The notes under the pieces are model-generated. The model did not search any database, was not told where the DNA came from, and worked only from the letters and a program-made list of their open reading frames with translations. A stretch of 64,000 bases of DNA from a bacterium. GTDB taxonomy: Bacteria; UBA8248. Where the stretch lies: positions 32,001-96,000 of the forward strand of contig CBDBZY010000029.1 of NCBI GenBank assembly GCA_965213685.1, read 5' to 3'. This document shows, in pieces, positions 51,355-61,595 of this stretch. A program made the position numbers and the translations under genes. Positions within the stretch are counted from its first letter, which is position 1; each line of letters starts with the position of its first letter.

Positions 51355-52287
51355 TCAAACAAGGGTCAGCCAATGGAGCTTGCTCTCGTCGCGTCCGTTC
51401 ACAATCCCGAAAAACGCGGACTGGATTCTCTTCGTCACCGGGCCCGGCTTCCCCTCGCCGATGCGCCTGGCGTCCACCTCCCGAATGGGGGTCACCTCCG
51501 CCGCCGTGCCGGTGAAGAAGGCCTCGTCCGCCACATAGACCTCATCCCGGGCGAAGGGGGCGACCTGCACCTCCACCCCCTGCTCATGGGCGAGCTGCAT
51601 GACGGTGTCGCGCGTAATGCCCCCCAGCACCCCATGCAGCGGCGGCGTCTTGAGCACGCCATCGCGAACGATGAAGATGTTCTCGCCCGACCCCTGGGTG
51701 ACGAGACCCTCCGGGTCCAGCATCAGCGCCTCGTCGTAGCCCGAACCCACGGCCTCGAGCTTCGCCATCTGGCTGACGGCGTAGTTGCCCGTGGTCTTGG
51801 CCTTCGTCATGTAGCTGTTCGGGTGATGGGACGTGAAGGAGGAGACCTTGACGCGAATCCCCTTCGCCAGTCCGTCCTCGCCCAGATACGCCCCCCAGCT
51901 CCAGACGGCGACCATCACATGGGTGGGCGCACCCTTGGGGTTCACCCCCATGGAGCCGTAGCCCAGCCAGATGAGCGGGCGAACGTAGCACGCCTCCATC
52001 TTGTTGACCCGTATCGTCTCGAGCAAGGCGGCCGTGAAGTCATCCCGCGTCACGGGCACGTCCAGCCCCACGATCCGGGCGGAATCATAGAGCCTTCTCA
52101 TGTGCTCCTCGAGGCGAAAAATGGCCGCGCCCCGATCTGTCCGATAGCACCGGATGCCCTCGAATACCCCCAATCCGTAGTGCAGCGAATGCGTGAGGAC
52201 GTGAATCTTCGCTTCATCCCAGGCGACGAAGTTTCCGTCCATCCATATGTGATCTGTCGCGCCTTCCAAAAAAGCATCCTCCTGCAT
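51355..52287 (-). CDS. ilvE: Branched-chain amino acid aminotransferase
   Basis: HSLHYGLGVFEGIR, AKTTGNY, GITR and TGTAAEVTP motifs. Confidence 0.95.
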   Translation of the reverse strand: MQEDAFLEGATDHIWMDGNFVAWDEAKIHVLTHSLHYGLGVFEGIRCYRTDRGAAIFRLEEHMRRLYDSARIVGLDVPVTRDDFTAALLETIRVNKMEACYVRPLIWLGYGSMGVNPKGAPTHVMVAVWSWGAYLGEDGLAKGIRVKVSSFTSHHPNSYMTKAKTTGNYAVSQMAKLEAVGSGYDEALMLDPEGLVTQGSGENIFIVRDGVLKTPPLHGVLGGITRDTVMQLAHEQGVEVQVAPFARDEVYVADEAFFTGTAAEVTPIREVDARRIGEGKPGPVTKRIQSAFFGIVNGRDESKLHWLTLV

Positions 52288-52395
52288 TGCGGGGGGTGTC
52301 GGTATCCGGGGTTCCGGAGAACCGCTCCAGTATAGTGATTTCCGGCGGACGGACGCAAGCCTCTCCGGGCAAACGCATCCTGCGAAACCGATCCG

Positions 52396-53355
52396 TCAGG
52401 TGGCGTACGCTTCCGGGTTGAGCAGGGTGGCGGGATTCACCCGCTCCCCCCGCAGGGCGGCCAGGGCGTTCTCGGCGGCCGACCGGTTCACCCGCTCGCG
52501 CGCCTGGCGGCTCGCTCCGGCCAGGTGCGGCGTCACCACGGCGTTCGGCAGCCCGAAAAGGGGATTGTCCGCATCCGGGGGCTCCTCCTCGAACACGTCC
52601 AGGCCCGCCGAGGATATCTCCCCTTCCCGGAGGGCGTGAAACAGCGCCTCCTCGTCGACGATCGCCCCGCGCGCGCAATTCACGAGGACGGCTGATTTCT
52701 TCATCATCCGGAACCGGCGGGCGTCGAACATATGGCGGGTGTCGGGCGTCAGGCTGCAATGGATCGAGATGAAATCCGAATCGCGCGTCAGAGCGTCCAA
52801 ATCCGCCGGCTCGGCGCCCCCTGCGCGTATCGCCTCATCCTCCACGAATGCGTCGAACGCCAGGACGCGGCCCCCGAAGCCGGACAAAAGCCTGGCCAGT
52901 TCCCGACCGATGTTCCCGAAGCCGACGATCCCGAACGTGGCCCCGCTCATCTCGCCCGCGATCCAGATGCCGTCGCGCCAGCCCCCTCCTCGCAGCCTCG
53001 CCATTCCCTGGGGGATGCGGCGGCTCGCGGCCAGCATCAGTCCCAGGGAAGCCTCCGCCACGGCGATGGCGTTGGCGCCCGGGCAGTTCGTCACCGGAAT
53101 TCTCCGCCTCGTCGCCGCGGGAATATCAATGTTCTCCACGCCCACGCCGAGCTTGGCGACGAGCTTCAGGCGCGTCGCGGCCTCGAGCACCCGCCCGGTG
53201 ACGCGCTCTCTCGAGGTCACCAGAAGAGCGTCCCATTCATGGGCGTCGCGCACCAGCTCCTCTTCCGACCATTTTCGGTGCCCGCCGACGCGGAACTCGC
53301 CGTGCGGCTCCAGCATGCGCCGCAAAGATTCGATGGGCGCGCGCGCCTCCGGCAC
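52396..53355 (-). CDS. D-isomer-specific 2-hydroxyacid dehydrogenase (SerA-like)
   Basis: GVGVENID, GFGNIG, NCARG, DVFEEEP and TPHLAG motifs. The true start may lie upstream across a T9 run. Confidence 0.9.
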   Translation of the reverse strand: MPEARAPIESLRRMLEPHGEFRVGGHRKWSEEELVRDAHEWDALLVTSRERVTGRVLEAATRLKLVAKLGVGVENIDIPAATRRRIPVTNCPGANAIAVAEASLGLMLAASRRIPQGMARLRGGGWRDGIWIAGEMSGATFGIVGFGNIGRELARLLSGFGGRVLAFDAFVEDEAIRAGGAEPADLDALTRDSDFISIHCSLTPDTRHMFDARRFRMMKKSAVLVNCARGAIVDEEALFHALREGEISSAGLDVFEEEPPDADNPLFGLPNAVVTPHLAGASRQARERVNRSAAENALAALRGERVNPATLLNPEAYAT

Positions 53356-53420
53356 AAAAAAAAACCGCGCCTTCGCTCAAAAACGCCCCCCTCCCCTTGC
53401 GGAAACCGCGCGTCCGGCGG

Positions 53421-54218
53421 CTAGGTGCCGACGACCAGCGTGGACGTGCGCTCCTTGAGAAAGGACAACGCGGAAAGATAGGTCAGCACGCCCGTCCGAT
53501 GGTTCTCCGAGGGCACGTTCTCGATCCGGACGAAGGAGCGCCCGAACTCCCCCACCGCCTCCACCTCGTGAATGTTCCTGTCCACCGCGGGGTCGCAAAA
53601 AATCCGCACCCTCGTCCTGCGCGGCCCGATGCCGGCGAAGCTCACGGCGGCCGACACGTTCACGTTCGCCGGAAACGCCTTGCACGCCTCCAGCGGGTTT
53701 CCCTCGAAAATCAGCGTCGGCTCATCCATGGCGTCGAGGTCGATGCGCCGCTCTTCGATGTAGGGGGCGCCCCTGAGGCTCGCGGGCGGCTTTCGGGTCG
53801 TCATGGTGACGGACTCCACCTCGCCGACCGATGCGCCCTTCAGCCCGTCCAGGCCGATGATGGCGCCCGAGGGGATGAATATGCGCGCCCCGCCCCGCCG
53901 CGCCTCCTCCATCAAATCATCCCGCTCGAGGAGGGCGCCCACCGAGTTGAGAATCACGTCCTTCCCCCGCGCAAAGCACGCGCGGCAAATCGCCTCCACC
54001 GTGCCCCCGCCCGAGGCCTCCATGACGAGTTCCGCCCCCTCCGCCACGCCCGCCAGGTCCGTCATTCGCGGCGGATTGCGCAGGCTCGCCAGAAAACTCT
54101 CCACCGCCTCCGGCGTGCGGGTCGCGGCAACCGGCACGTCGACCGGGACTCTCCCCTCATCCGCCGCCCGCACCACGGCCCTGCCGATGACGCCCAGCCC
54201 CACCACGCCCAGTTTCAT
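53421..54218 (-). CDS. nadX: L-aspartate dehydrogenase (DUF108)
   Basis: GLGVIG, SVGAL, PSGAIIGLDG, FPANVNV, NIHE and ENVPS motifs. Confidence 0.85.
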   Translation of the reverse strand: MKLGVVGLGVIGRAVVRAADEGRVPVDVPVAATRTPEAVESFLASLRNPPRMTDLAGVAEGAELVMEASGGGTVEAICRACFARGKDVILNSVGALLERDDLMEEARRGGARIFIPSGAIIGLDGLKGASVGEVESVTMTTRKPPASLRGAPYIEERRIDLDAMDEPTLIFEGNPLEACKAFPANVNVSAAVSFAGIGPRRTRVRIFCDPAVDRNIHEVEAVGEFGRSFVRIENVPSENHRTGVLTYLSALSFLKERTSTLVVGT

Positions 54219-54284
54219 GCCACGCTCCCGCCACATGCGCGAGGCGGGCCCGCCAGAGGCCGGTGCCGCGGCCTTCGGCCCGGC

Positions 54285-55370
54285 TCATACGCTGTGCGCA
54301 CCGATGCGACCCCCCAGACCCAGACGCCAGTGATCCGCCAGCACGAGGGCCATCATCGCCTCGCCGATGGGCACCGCCCTCGTCGCCACGCACGGGTCGT
54401 GGCGTCCCTCCACCCGCACGGTCGTCTCCTCTCCCGACGCCGTCACCGTGTCCTGCTCCAGCAAGATGGAGGACGTCGGCTTCACGGCGAAGCGCACCAC
54501 AATCGGCGCGCCCGTGGATACGCCCCCCAGAACGCCGCCCGCGTTGTTCGTCCTCGGTCTGGGCCTGCCCTGCCTCATCTCGAAGGGATCGTTGTTCTCC
54601 GACCCTCTCATACCGGCGGACCGGAAGCCCGTGCCGATCTCCACCCCCTTGACCGCGTTGATGCCCATCATCGCCGCCGCGAGGTCGGCATCGAGGCGCC
54701 CGTAGAGCGGCTCCCCCCAGCCGGCGGGAACGCCATCCGCCCGGATGGTGATGGCCCCGCCCACCGAATCGCCCGCCTTGCGGGCCGCGAGGATGGCCGC
54801 CTCCATCCGCGCCGCCGTTTCTCCGTCGGGGCAGCGAACGACGTTGCGCTCCACCTCGTCCGCGTCGAAGCGGCCGCCATCCCATACGACCTCCCCCACC
54901 TGGTGGACGTAGCCCAGAATCGAGACGCCCAGGTGGGCGAGGAGCTTCTTGGCTATCGCCCCGGCCGCCACGCGCGCGGCCGTCTCCCGCGCACTGGAGC
55001 GCCCCCCGCCCCGATGGTCGCGAATCCCCCATTTTTCGGTGTAGGTAAAATCCGCATGCCCCGGCCGAAAGAGGTTGCGCAGGGGCTCGTACTTGCTGGA
55101 GTCCGCATCCTTGTTGCGAATGAGCACCGATATGGGATGCCCCGTCGTCTCGCCCTCGAAAACGCCGGACAAAATCTCCGCCCGGTCCTCCTCTTTGCGC
55201 TGGGTCGTCACCCGGCTCTGCCCCGGCCGCCTGCGATCCAGATCGCGCTGCAGGTCGGACGCATCGAGCTGCAGGCCCGCCGGACAGCCGTCCACCACGA
55301 CGCCCAGCGCGGGACCGTGGGACTCCCCCCAGGTGGTGAAGCGAAACAGACGACCAAACGTGTTCGACAC
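54285..55370 (-). CDS. aroC: Chorismate synthase
   Basis: TWGESHG, RPGHAD, RSSARET and GRHDPC motifs. Confidence 0.97.
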   Translation of the reverse strand: MSNTFGRLFRFTTWGESHGPALGVVVDGCPAGLQLDASDLQRDLDRRRPGQSRVTTQRKEEDRAEILSGVFEGETTGHPISVLIRNKDADSSKYEPLRNLFRPGHADFTYTEKWGIRDHRGGGRSSARETAARVAAGAIAKKLLAHLGVSILGYVHQVGEVVWDGGRFDADEVERNVVRCPDGETAARMEAAILAARKAGDSVGGAITIRADGVPAGWGEPLYGRLDADLAAAMMGINAVKGVEIGTGFRSAGMRGSENNDPFEMRQGRPRPRTNNAGGVLGGVSTGAPIVVRFAVKPTSSILLEQDTVTASGEETTVRVEGRHDPCVATRAVPIGEAMMALVLADHWRLGLGGRIGAHSV

Positions 55371-55380
55371 GGCTCCCCCT

Positions 55381-55920
55381 CTAGGCTCCCGGGTTCGGCA
55401 TCGCGGCGCGTATCCGGGAGAGGGCCGCCCCGGCCACCTCCTCCGGTGCGCGCGTGTTCTCCACCACCACATCCGCAAGTTCTTCATATCGCGGCGCGCG
55501 CTTTTTGAAAAGCGAACGCAACGCCCGCTCAGGCTCCGCCTCGTTTTCGAGGTAGGCGGGCCAGCCGGCGGCGCGCACCCTTGCGACGATATCATCCTCC
55601 GGCACCCGGAGATACACCACGCAGTGGGGGAAGAGCAGGGAATCGGCACCCGGCGACATCGGCGTTCCGCCGCCGAGGGCCAGCACGAGCTCCTCCCCCC
55701 CGAGCCGCTCGCGCAGCAGGGCGTGCTCCATCGCCCGGAAGGAGGTTTCGCCCTTTTTTCTGAAAATCTCCCGAAAATCCAGCGCCTCGCCCGTTTCCTC
55801 GAACCATCTGCGCTCCATCACATGGTCGAGGTCCTGAAAGGGGCGCCCCATTTTCTGGGCGAGCAAGGGCCCGATGGTGGATTTCCCGCATCCCTTGAAA
55901 CCGATGAGTACGACGCTCAA
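55381..55920 (-). CDS. aroK: Shikimate kinase
   Basis: [15 protein letters not shown] and LGGG motifs. Confidence 0.9.
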   Translation of the reverse strand: MSVVLIGFKGCGKSTIGPLLAQKMGRPFQDLDHVMERRWFEETGEALDFREIFRKKGETSFRAMEHALLRERLGGEELVLALGGGTPMSPGADSLLFPHCVVYLRVPEDDIVARVRAAGWPAYLENEAEPERALRSLFKKRAPRYEELADVVVENTRAPEEVAGAALSRIRAAMPNPGA

Positions 55921-56903
55921 CGGGACTCCTCCCGAGGCCAGGCGGCCAGGTATCGGGACACCCTGTCATGCACGGCGTCCAGCAAAACATGGGTCGGCAT
56001 CCCCTCCGGAGAATACCAGCACACGCCCTCGATCTTCCGAAACCAGGTGCGCTGCCGCTTCGCGTAGCGGCGGTGGAGGCGGGATATTTCCCGAACCGCC
56101 TCCTCTGCGCCGATCCGCCCCTGACGCAGCGCGAGCGCTTCCCGAAAGCCGAGTCCCTCGAAAACCCGGGCGTCGGTGAGATTCATCCCGGCCAGCATCG
56201 CCACCTCGTCCAGCATCCCGCCCCGGAGCATTCGCCGCACCCTGCGCTCGATGCGCTCGGCGAGGACGGACGCCGGATACCGGAGGCCGACGTACAGCGG
56301 AGAGGCGAACCGGGGCGCCCCCTGCTCGGCGCGCAAGCGGGAAACCGGACGCCCCGTCGCCTCATACACCTCCAGGGCGCGAACCACGCGCCGAACGTCG
56401 TTGGGGTGGAGTTTGGCGGCCGTATCGGGATCAACGGCCGCGAGGCGTTCGTGCATGGCGCCGGCCCCCCATCGGGAAGCCTGGGCCTCCAGCCGCTCCC
56501 TTATCTCCGGCCGCACCGGGGGGCTGTCGAAGAACCCCTCCACCAGGGCGCGGACGTACAACCCGCTCCCTCCTACCAGGAGTGGATACGCGCCCCGACG
56601 ATATATGTCCTGCAGACAGGACACTGCCTCGTCCGCATAGCGCGCGGCGCTGTAGGTCTCCCCCGGCTCCGCAACGTCCATCATATGGTGCGGAATCCCG
56701 CCCCGCTCGTCGGGGCCGGGCCTGGCGGTGCCCACGCCGACCTGCCGGTAGATCTGCCTCGCGTCGGCGCCCACGATTTCCAGCGATACGCCCTGCTCCC
56801 GGAAGCGCCTGGCGAGCGCCACGCCCAAAGCCGTTTTGCCCGAGCAGGTTGCGCCCACGAGGAGGACGATGGGCTGCGAACCCGTGGATTGGGTCTGGTC
56901 CAT
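55917..56903 (-). CDS. miaA: tRNA dimethylallyltransferase
   Basis: GATCSGKT, DARQIY, VGGSGLY, RALEV and YAKRQRTWF motifs. Confidence 0.95.
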   Translation of the reverse strand: MDQTQSTGSQPIVLLVGATCSGKTALGVALARRFREQGVSLEIVGADARQIYRQVGVGTARPGPDERGGIPHHMMDVAEPGETYSAARYADEAVSCLQDIYRRGAYPLLVGGSGLYVRALVEGFFDSPPVRPEIRERLEAQASRWGAGAMHERLAAVDPDTAAKLHPNDVRRVVRALEVYEATGRPVSRLRAEQGAPRFASPLYVGLRYPASVLAERIERRVRRMLRGGMLDEVAMLAGMNLTDARVFEGLGFREALALRQGRIGAEEAVREISRLHRRYAKRQRTWFRKIEGVCWYSPEGMPTHVLLDAVHDRVSRYLAAWPREESR

Positions 56904-56946
56904 GGCATGGGATTTCAGGGGGGCGGGGGGTCGTCTCGCCGCGGAG

Positions 56947-57474
56947 TCAAAGCGCCTCGAGGGCGTCTTGGAACGCGGCCAAGTCCGCCTCCGAGAACAG
57001 CGCGAACTCCACGCGCGCGAGGGTGCCGGCGGGGGAGCGCAGATGCGCCGCGCAGGCCCGGAGCATGGGGAAGGCGACCGCCTTCGCGTCCAGGCCCCCG
57101 ACGCCCGTCCCGATGGCGGGGAACGCGATGCTCTCCAGCCCGTTCTCCTCGGCCACCTCGAGGCTCGCCCGGGCGCAGGCTTCGACGATCTCCGCCGAGG
57201 TTTGGAGATCCAGCCCCATTGCCGCCGCATGGATCACGCGCCGCGCGGGGAGCCTGCCGCCATCGGTGATGACGGCGCTTCCCACCGGAATCGGCCCTTT
57301 CGACACCGCTTCGGCCTCTATCGCCGCCCCGCCCCTGCGCCTGATCGCACCCGCCACGCCCGCTCCCATCCGCAGGCTGCTGTTGGCTGCATTCACGATG
57401 GCGTCCGCCGCCGACTCGGTGATGTCGCCCTGGCGAAGAACCACGCACCCGCGACCGACGCGCTTTTCGTTCAT
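56947..57474 (-). CDS. Macro domain (ADP-ribose hydrolase/YmdB-like) protein
   Basis: GDIT, AIVNAAN..L..GAGVAGAI, VIHA and FPAIGTGVGG motifs. Confidence 0.92.
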   Translation of the reverse strand: MNEKRVGRGCVVLRQGDITESAADAIVNAANSSLRMGAGVAGAIRRRGGAAIEAEAVSKGPIPVGSAVITDGGRLPARRVIHAAAMGLDLQTSAEIVEACARASLEVAEENGLESIAFPAIGTGVGGLDAKAVAFPMLRACAAHLRSPAGTLARVEFALFSEADLAAFQDALEAL

Positions 57475-57534
57475 GCGGAAAATTTCCGGCTGGCGGCGCC
57501 GTCCCGGTGCAGAACACCCATCCCGGAAATCGCC

Positions 57535-57927
57535 CTAGAAGAAGGGGTCGCTCTCGGATGCCCCCTGATACGCCTCGGAATCGGCGGGGGCGAGAGCGCT
57601 GACGTCGAACGCCTCGTCCGGCTTCTCCTCATCCGCGAAGGAAGCGGAACCGGGCTGATCCACCATCTCCCTCAACTCCTTGCCGGCCCTGAAAAAGGGG
57701 ACGTTCTTTGGCGGAATCGCCACCGCCTCGCCCGTCCGGGGGTTGCGGCCGCTGCGGCTGTTTCTCGAGCGCACGCGAAAACTCCCGAACCCTCGTAACT
57801 CCACCTTTTCGTCTTGCGTCAAGGAATGCATGATGCTTCCAAACACGAGGTTCACGACGCGCTCGGTGTCTTTCTTCGTCAGGTGTATCTTGTCGGCAAC
57901 GCGATCCACCAACTCCGCCTTGGTCAT
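57535..57927 (-). CDS. ihfB: Integration host factor beta/HU family protein with acidic C-terminal extension
   Basis: MTKAELV, VELRGFGSF, GRNPRTGE and FRAGKEL motifs; downstream of rpsA. Confidence 0.88.
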   Translation of the reverse strand: MTKAELVDRVADKIHLTKKDTERVVNLVFGSIMHSLTQDEKVELRGFGSFRVRSRNSRSGRNPRTGEAVAIPPKNVPFFRAGKELREMVDQPGSASFADEEKPDEAFDVSALAPADSEAYQGASESDPFF

Positions 57928-57990
57928 GAGACCCTGTATCCTCCCTTATCCTGCTTGCGGGCCTTGCGAGCGCACCGGACGACGCATTTG

Positions 57991-58025
<35 letters not shown>

Positions 58026-58262
58026 AGAAGTTCGTGCGGGTTTCCGGGGCATCCGCGCGCCAGGAGAAGCGAAGCCACCCTCCGCCGAGTCGAGCGCGTC
58101 TCGGGGCATGAGGGGCAGGATATGCGGAGGGGCGCGCGCCTCGCTCCGCCTTGTGCCCTCTCACCCTTGCCGTTCTCCTGCGGACCGCCTCCTGCGGGAG
58201 TCCGCCGCTCATCCCGGCATGACGCATATCCGGCGCGACAGCGCCTCGCTCTCTCCGCACGG

Positions 58263-60032
58263 CTACTCCGGATTCTTGTTCGCCGGCGGGCCGCTTCCCC
58301 CTGAGGAAGACGCGGACTCCGCGCTTACGGCCGCCGGTTCGGGCGCCGGTGCGCGGCTGACGAGCGGGTCCTCCCCAGTGGATTCCACATACGCGCGGAT
58401 GCTCAGCCCCAGCCTCCTTTGCTCCCGATCGATTTTGATGACGCGCATCCTGAACACGTCGCCCACGCGCACCACGTCCTCCGGCTCCTTGACCTTCTCC
58501 GTGTCCAGCTCCGAGATGTGCACCAGCCCCTCCAGGTCCTCCTCGGGAGCGGCGAATACGCCGAAGTTCGTGATTTTCGTGACCCTCGCCTCGATGTCAT
58601 CGTCCACCGCATAGCGTTCGTTGATGCTGGACCAAGGGTCCGGGGTAATTTGCTTCACCCCCAGGGAGAGGCGCTCTTTCTCGACGTCCACGCTCAGGAC
58701 GACCGCCTCGATTTCCTGTCCCTTGCGCAGGATTTCGGAGGGATGCTTGAAGCGCTGGGTCCAGGAGATGTCCGAGATGTGGACGAGGCCGTCGATCCCC
58801 TCGTCCAGGGCCACGAAGGCGCCGAACTCCGTCAGATTCCGGATGCTTCCCTTCACCCGCATCCCCACGGGATACTTCTCCCCCACCGTGGTCCACGGGT
58901 TGGCCTCCACCTGCTTCATGCCCAGGGAAATTCTGCGGGCGTTCTTGTCCAGATTCAAAACGACGGCCTCCACCACATCTCCCACGGCGACGAATTTCGA
59001 GGGATGGCGGACGCGCCTCGTCCAGGACATCTCCGAGACATGCACCAGCCCCTCGACGCCCTTCTCGAGCTCCACGAACGCCCCGTAATCGGTGATGGAG
59101 ACGACCCGGCCCCGCACCCTGCCGCTCACGGGGTATTTGATCTCCACATGCTCCCAGGGGTCCGGCGTGATTTGCTTATGGCCCAAGGAGACGCGCTCGC
59201 GCTCCTTGTCATACTTGAGCACGATCACCTTGACGCTGTCCCCGATGGCGAAAAGTTCGGTCGGATGGCCGACCCGTCCCCAGGACATGTCCGTAATATG
59301 CAGCAGGCCGTCTATTCCGCCGAGGTCGATGAACGCCCCGTAGTCGGTGATGTTCTTGACGACGCCCACCTTCTCCATGCCTTCCTTGAGGTTCGCCAAC
59401 GTCTCGCGCTTGAGCTCGGCCCGCTCGCCCTCGAGCAGCACGCGCCGGGAGAGAACGATGTTGCCGCGCTTTCTGTTGAGTTTGATGATCTTCATGTCGA
59501 AGGATTTGCCGATGAACTGGTCGAGGTTTCTCACCGGCCGCAGATCGACCTGGGAGCCCGGCAAAAAGGCCTTGAGGCCGACGTCGACCGTGAGGCCCCC
59601 CTTGATGCGCGCGATGATCACCCCCTTGATGACCTCGTCGTTGTCGTGTGCCCTGCTGATCTCGTCCCATATCTTGATGCGGTTGGCTTTCTCCTTGGAA
59701 AGCGCGATGAGGCCGTCTTCGTCCTCGCGCTCCTCGACGAAGACCTCCACCCGGTCGCCAGGCTTGAGGTCCCGCCCGCGGCCCGGGAACTCATAGCGGG
59801 GCACCAGTCCCTCGGACTTATAGCCTACGTCTACAAGGACATACTCTCCTTCGATGCCCACGACGGTTCCCGAGATGATTTCGCCATCCCGCACCCGCAT
59901 CGTGGCGGCATACAAATCGTCCATCTGTTCGGAGGAAAGGGAGTCGGGGTCCACCTCGTCCGGGAGCAGTTCCGCCACCTTCGCCGAGAGGGTGGGGGCG
60001 GCTTCGGACGTGTTCGGGGAAGTTTCACTCAT
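58263..60032 (-). CDS. rpsA: 30S ribosomal protein S1
   Basis: Six S1 repeats (VDVGYKSEG, FLPGSQVD, YGAFIDLGG, EGLVHVSE). Confidence 0.98.
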   Translation of the reverse strand: MSETSPNTSEAAPTLSAKVAELLPDEVDPDSLSSEQMDDLYAATMRVRDGEIISGTVVGIEGEYVLVDVGYKSEGLVPRYEFPGRGRDLKPGDRVEVFVEEREDEDGLIALSKEKANRIKIWDEISRAHDNDEVIKGVIIARIKGGLTVDVGLKAFLPGSQVDLRPVRNLDQFIGKSFDMKIIKLNRKRGNIVLSRRVLLEGERAELKRETLANLKEGMEKVGVVKNITDYGAFIDLGGIDGLLHITDMSWGRVGHPTELFAIGDSVKVIVLKYDKERERVSLGHKQITPDPWEHVEIKYPVSGRVRGRVVSITDYGAFVELEKGVEGLVHVSEMSWTRRVRHPSKFVAVGDVVEAVVLNLDKNARRISLGMKQVEANPWTTVGEKYPVGMRVKGSIRNLTEFGAFVALDEGIDGLVHISDISWTQRFKHPSEILRKGQEIEAVVLSVDVEKERLSLGVKQITPDPWSSINERYAVDDDIEARVTKITNFGVFAAPEEDLEGLVHISELDTEKVKEPEDVVRVGDVFRMRVIKIDREQRRLGLSIRAYVESTGEDPLVSRAPAPEPAAVSAESASSSGGSGPPANKNPE

Positions 60033-60134
60033 GGGCCTGTGCTACCTCGTTTTGGGAAAAGAGAATTGCCGCCACGGATCAAGCGTCCATCGCCATCACG
60101 GTCATCGGCATGAAATTGGTAGAAAAGGAACCCC

Positions 60135-60163
60135 ATACTACACCTTGATGCGGGGAGAATCAA
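60135..60163 (-). promoter_or_regulatory. Putative sigma70 promoter of rpsA
   Basis: Minus strand TTGATT-N17-TAGTAT. Confidence 0.5.
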
Positions 60164-60546
60164 GGGACACTGCGCACACCCGTGGCACCCCCATACATCA
60201 GCGCGCAAGAGCACGAGCGCATACGAACGCGGAGAGCCTCGGAAACCACTGCTTTTGCAATGACTTGGATGGTGCTTGCGAACCTGATACCTGAGCCCTC
60301 TCACGGAGCCGCTCCGCCCGTTCCTTGTCGTCGTCGTCAAACGCCCGCGACGCTTTGTCGCCCGGAGGTTCGGCGTTCACAACCCAGGCGGACTTTTCCG
60401 GCGGACAGGTTTTTGTTTGGGCCATTAAGCTTCTTCTTCGTTTTTTCAATAGCTTCAACAGCGCGGATTCGCGTGCGGCCAAAATTCTACCAGAGCCCAC
60501 AGCGGAACCCGAAACCCTCGCCTACAATCTAGGCCTTCGCGCCTCG

Positions 60547-60648
60547 CTACACTCTATCCCATTCCGCATGAACGGTGCAGGCAGCGACAAATTCGATCTG
60601 GACTGGCGAGAACGAATCCAGCGTCGCCTTGAGTTCATCGAGCGTCAT
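60547..60648 (-). pseudogene. Probable restriction endonuclease remnant (33 aa) coupled to the methyltransferase
   Basis: ATGA overlap with the MTase stop; MTLDELKATLDSFSPVQIEFVAACTVHAEWDRV*. Identity inferred from position only. Confidence 0.35.
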
Positions 60649-61592
60649 GACACGCGCAACCGCCGCTCCATCAAATCCACGAAAGCGGGCTTGATTTCAA
60701 TCCCGACCCACCGTCGCCCGAGTTCGCGAGCCGCCAGAAGCGTTGTCCCCGAACCTGCATAGGGGTCGAGCACAATGCTGCCCTCGTGACTTGTGAGGGC
60801 TACGCAGCATCGAGCAAGCGAAAGGGGCATCATCGCGGGGTGATCATCCGCTTTCCCATTCACGCGCTTCACCGGCTCCGTGGGAATCTCCCATACCGTT
60901 CGCAGGCGACGGTCGCGCGGCCCCTTGACGATTTCGTGGTCGTAGCAATAGTCCTTGCCCTTTGACAAAAGGAAAACTGTCTCGTGCGCTTTGGTTGGTC
61001 GGTCTCGAACGGACTCCGGGTGAGCGTTCGGCTTGTGCCAAATGACTTCACTGCGCACCCACCAACCCGCATCCTGTAGGGCGAACGCCAATCTCCACGG
61101 AACGCCTATCAAGTCCTTTGGCTTCAGTCCTTCCGGCGTCGGCGGTCGCACTGCCATGGCGCGCGCACGATTTTTCCGATCCGATGCCCGATATCTCCGG
61201 TTGCCGGACGTGTAGGAATCGCCAACGTTCAGCCAGACAGTGCCGTCGTCGCGCAGGACGCGCCTGATCTGCTCAAAGGCGCATACGATGCTCTTGATGT
61301 CGTCCCGCCCAATCTGTTCATCTACCCCGTAATCGCGCAGCGACCAATATGGCGGTGACGTGACGACCGTCTGAATGGAACTATCCGGGAGAAGCTGCAG
61401 CGCTTGCGTGGCATCGCCGCACATCACCATGGAACGGGTTATCGCCTCGAACGGCTTTCTCTTCAGGCTGTCAACCCGCATGTGGGATTGTTGCGCTTCG
61501 CTCCCTGCATCCGGCGGCGAATGCCCAGAACGCCCGAATGGCGCAATCTGGTCACCCTCCGACGGTATGGCCCGTAAGGCGCTGTCATTCAC
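60645..61592 (-). CDS. Beta-class N4-cytosine DNA methyltransferase (M.SmaI/M.Cfr9I-like)
   Basis: TSPPY before DPYAGSGTT; KPKDLIGVPWRLAFALQ..W..R...IW.KPN..PESV.DRPT signature. Start uncertain. Confidence 0.88.
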   Translation of the reverse strand: MNDSALRAIPSEGDQIAPFGRSGHSPPDAGSEAQQSHMRVDSLKRKPFEAITRSMVMCGDATQALQLLPDSSIQTVVTSPPYWSLRDYGVDEQIGRDDIKSIVCAFEQIRRVLRDDGTVWLNVGDSYTSGNRRYRASDRKNRARAMAVRPPTPEGLKPKDLIGVPWRLAFALQDAGWWVRSEVIWHKPNAHPESVRDRPTKAHETVFLLSKGKDYCYDHEIVKGPRDRRLRTVWEIPTEPVKRVNGKADDHPAMMPLSLARCCVALTSHEGSIVLDPYAGSGTTLLAARELGRRWVGIEIKPAFVDLMERRLRVS

Positions 61593-61595
61593 AAC

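Noticed and set aside
55917-57474. Macro-MiaA fusion suggested by ORF 55917..57230
   Set aside because: The upstream extension is out of frame with the macro gene, which has its own stop at 56947.
60198-60500. ORF MAQTKTCPPEK... upstream of rpsA
   Set aside because: No recognisable motif; lies in the degraded insert and is probably non-coding.
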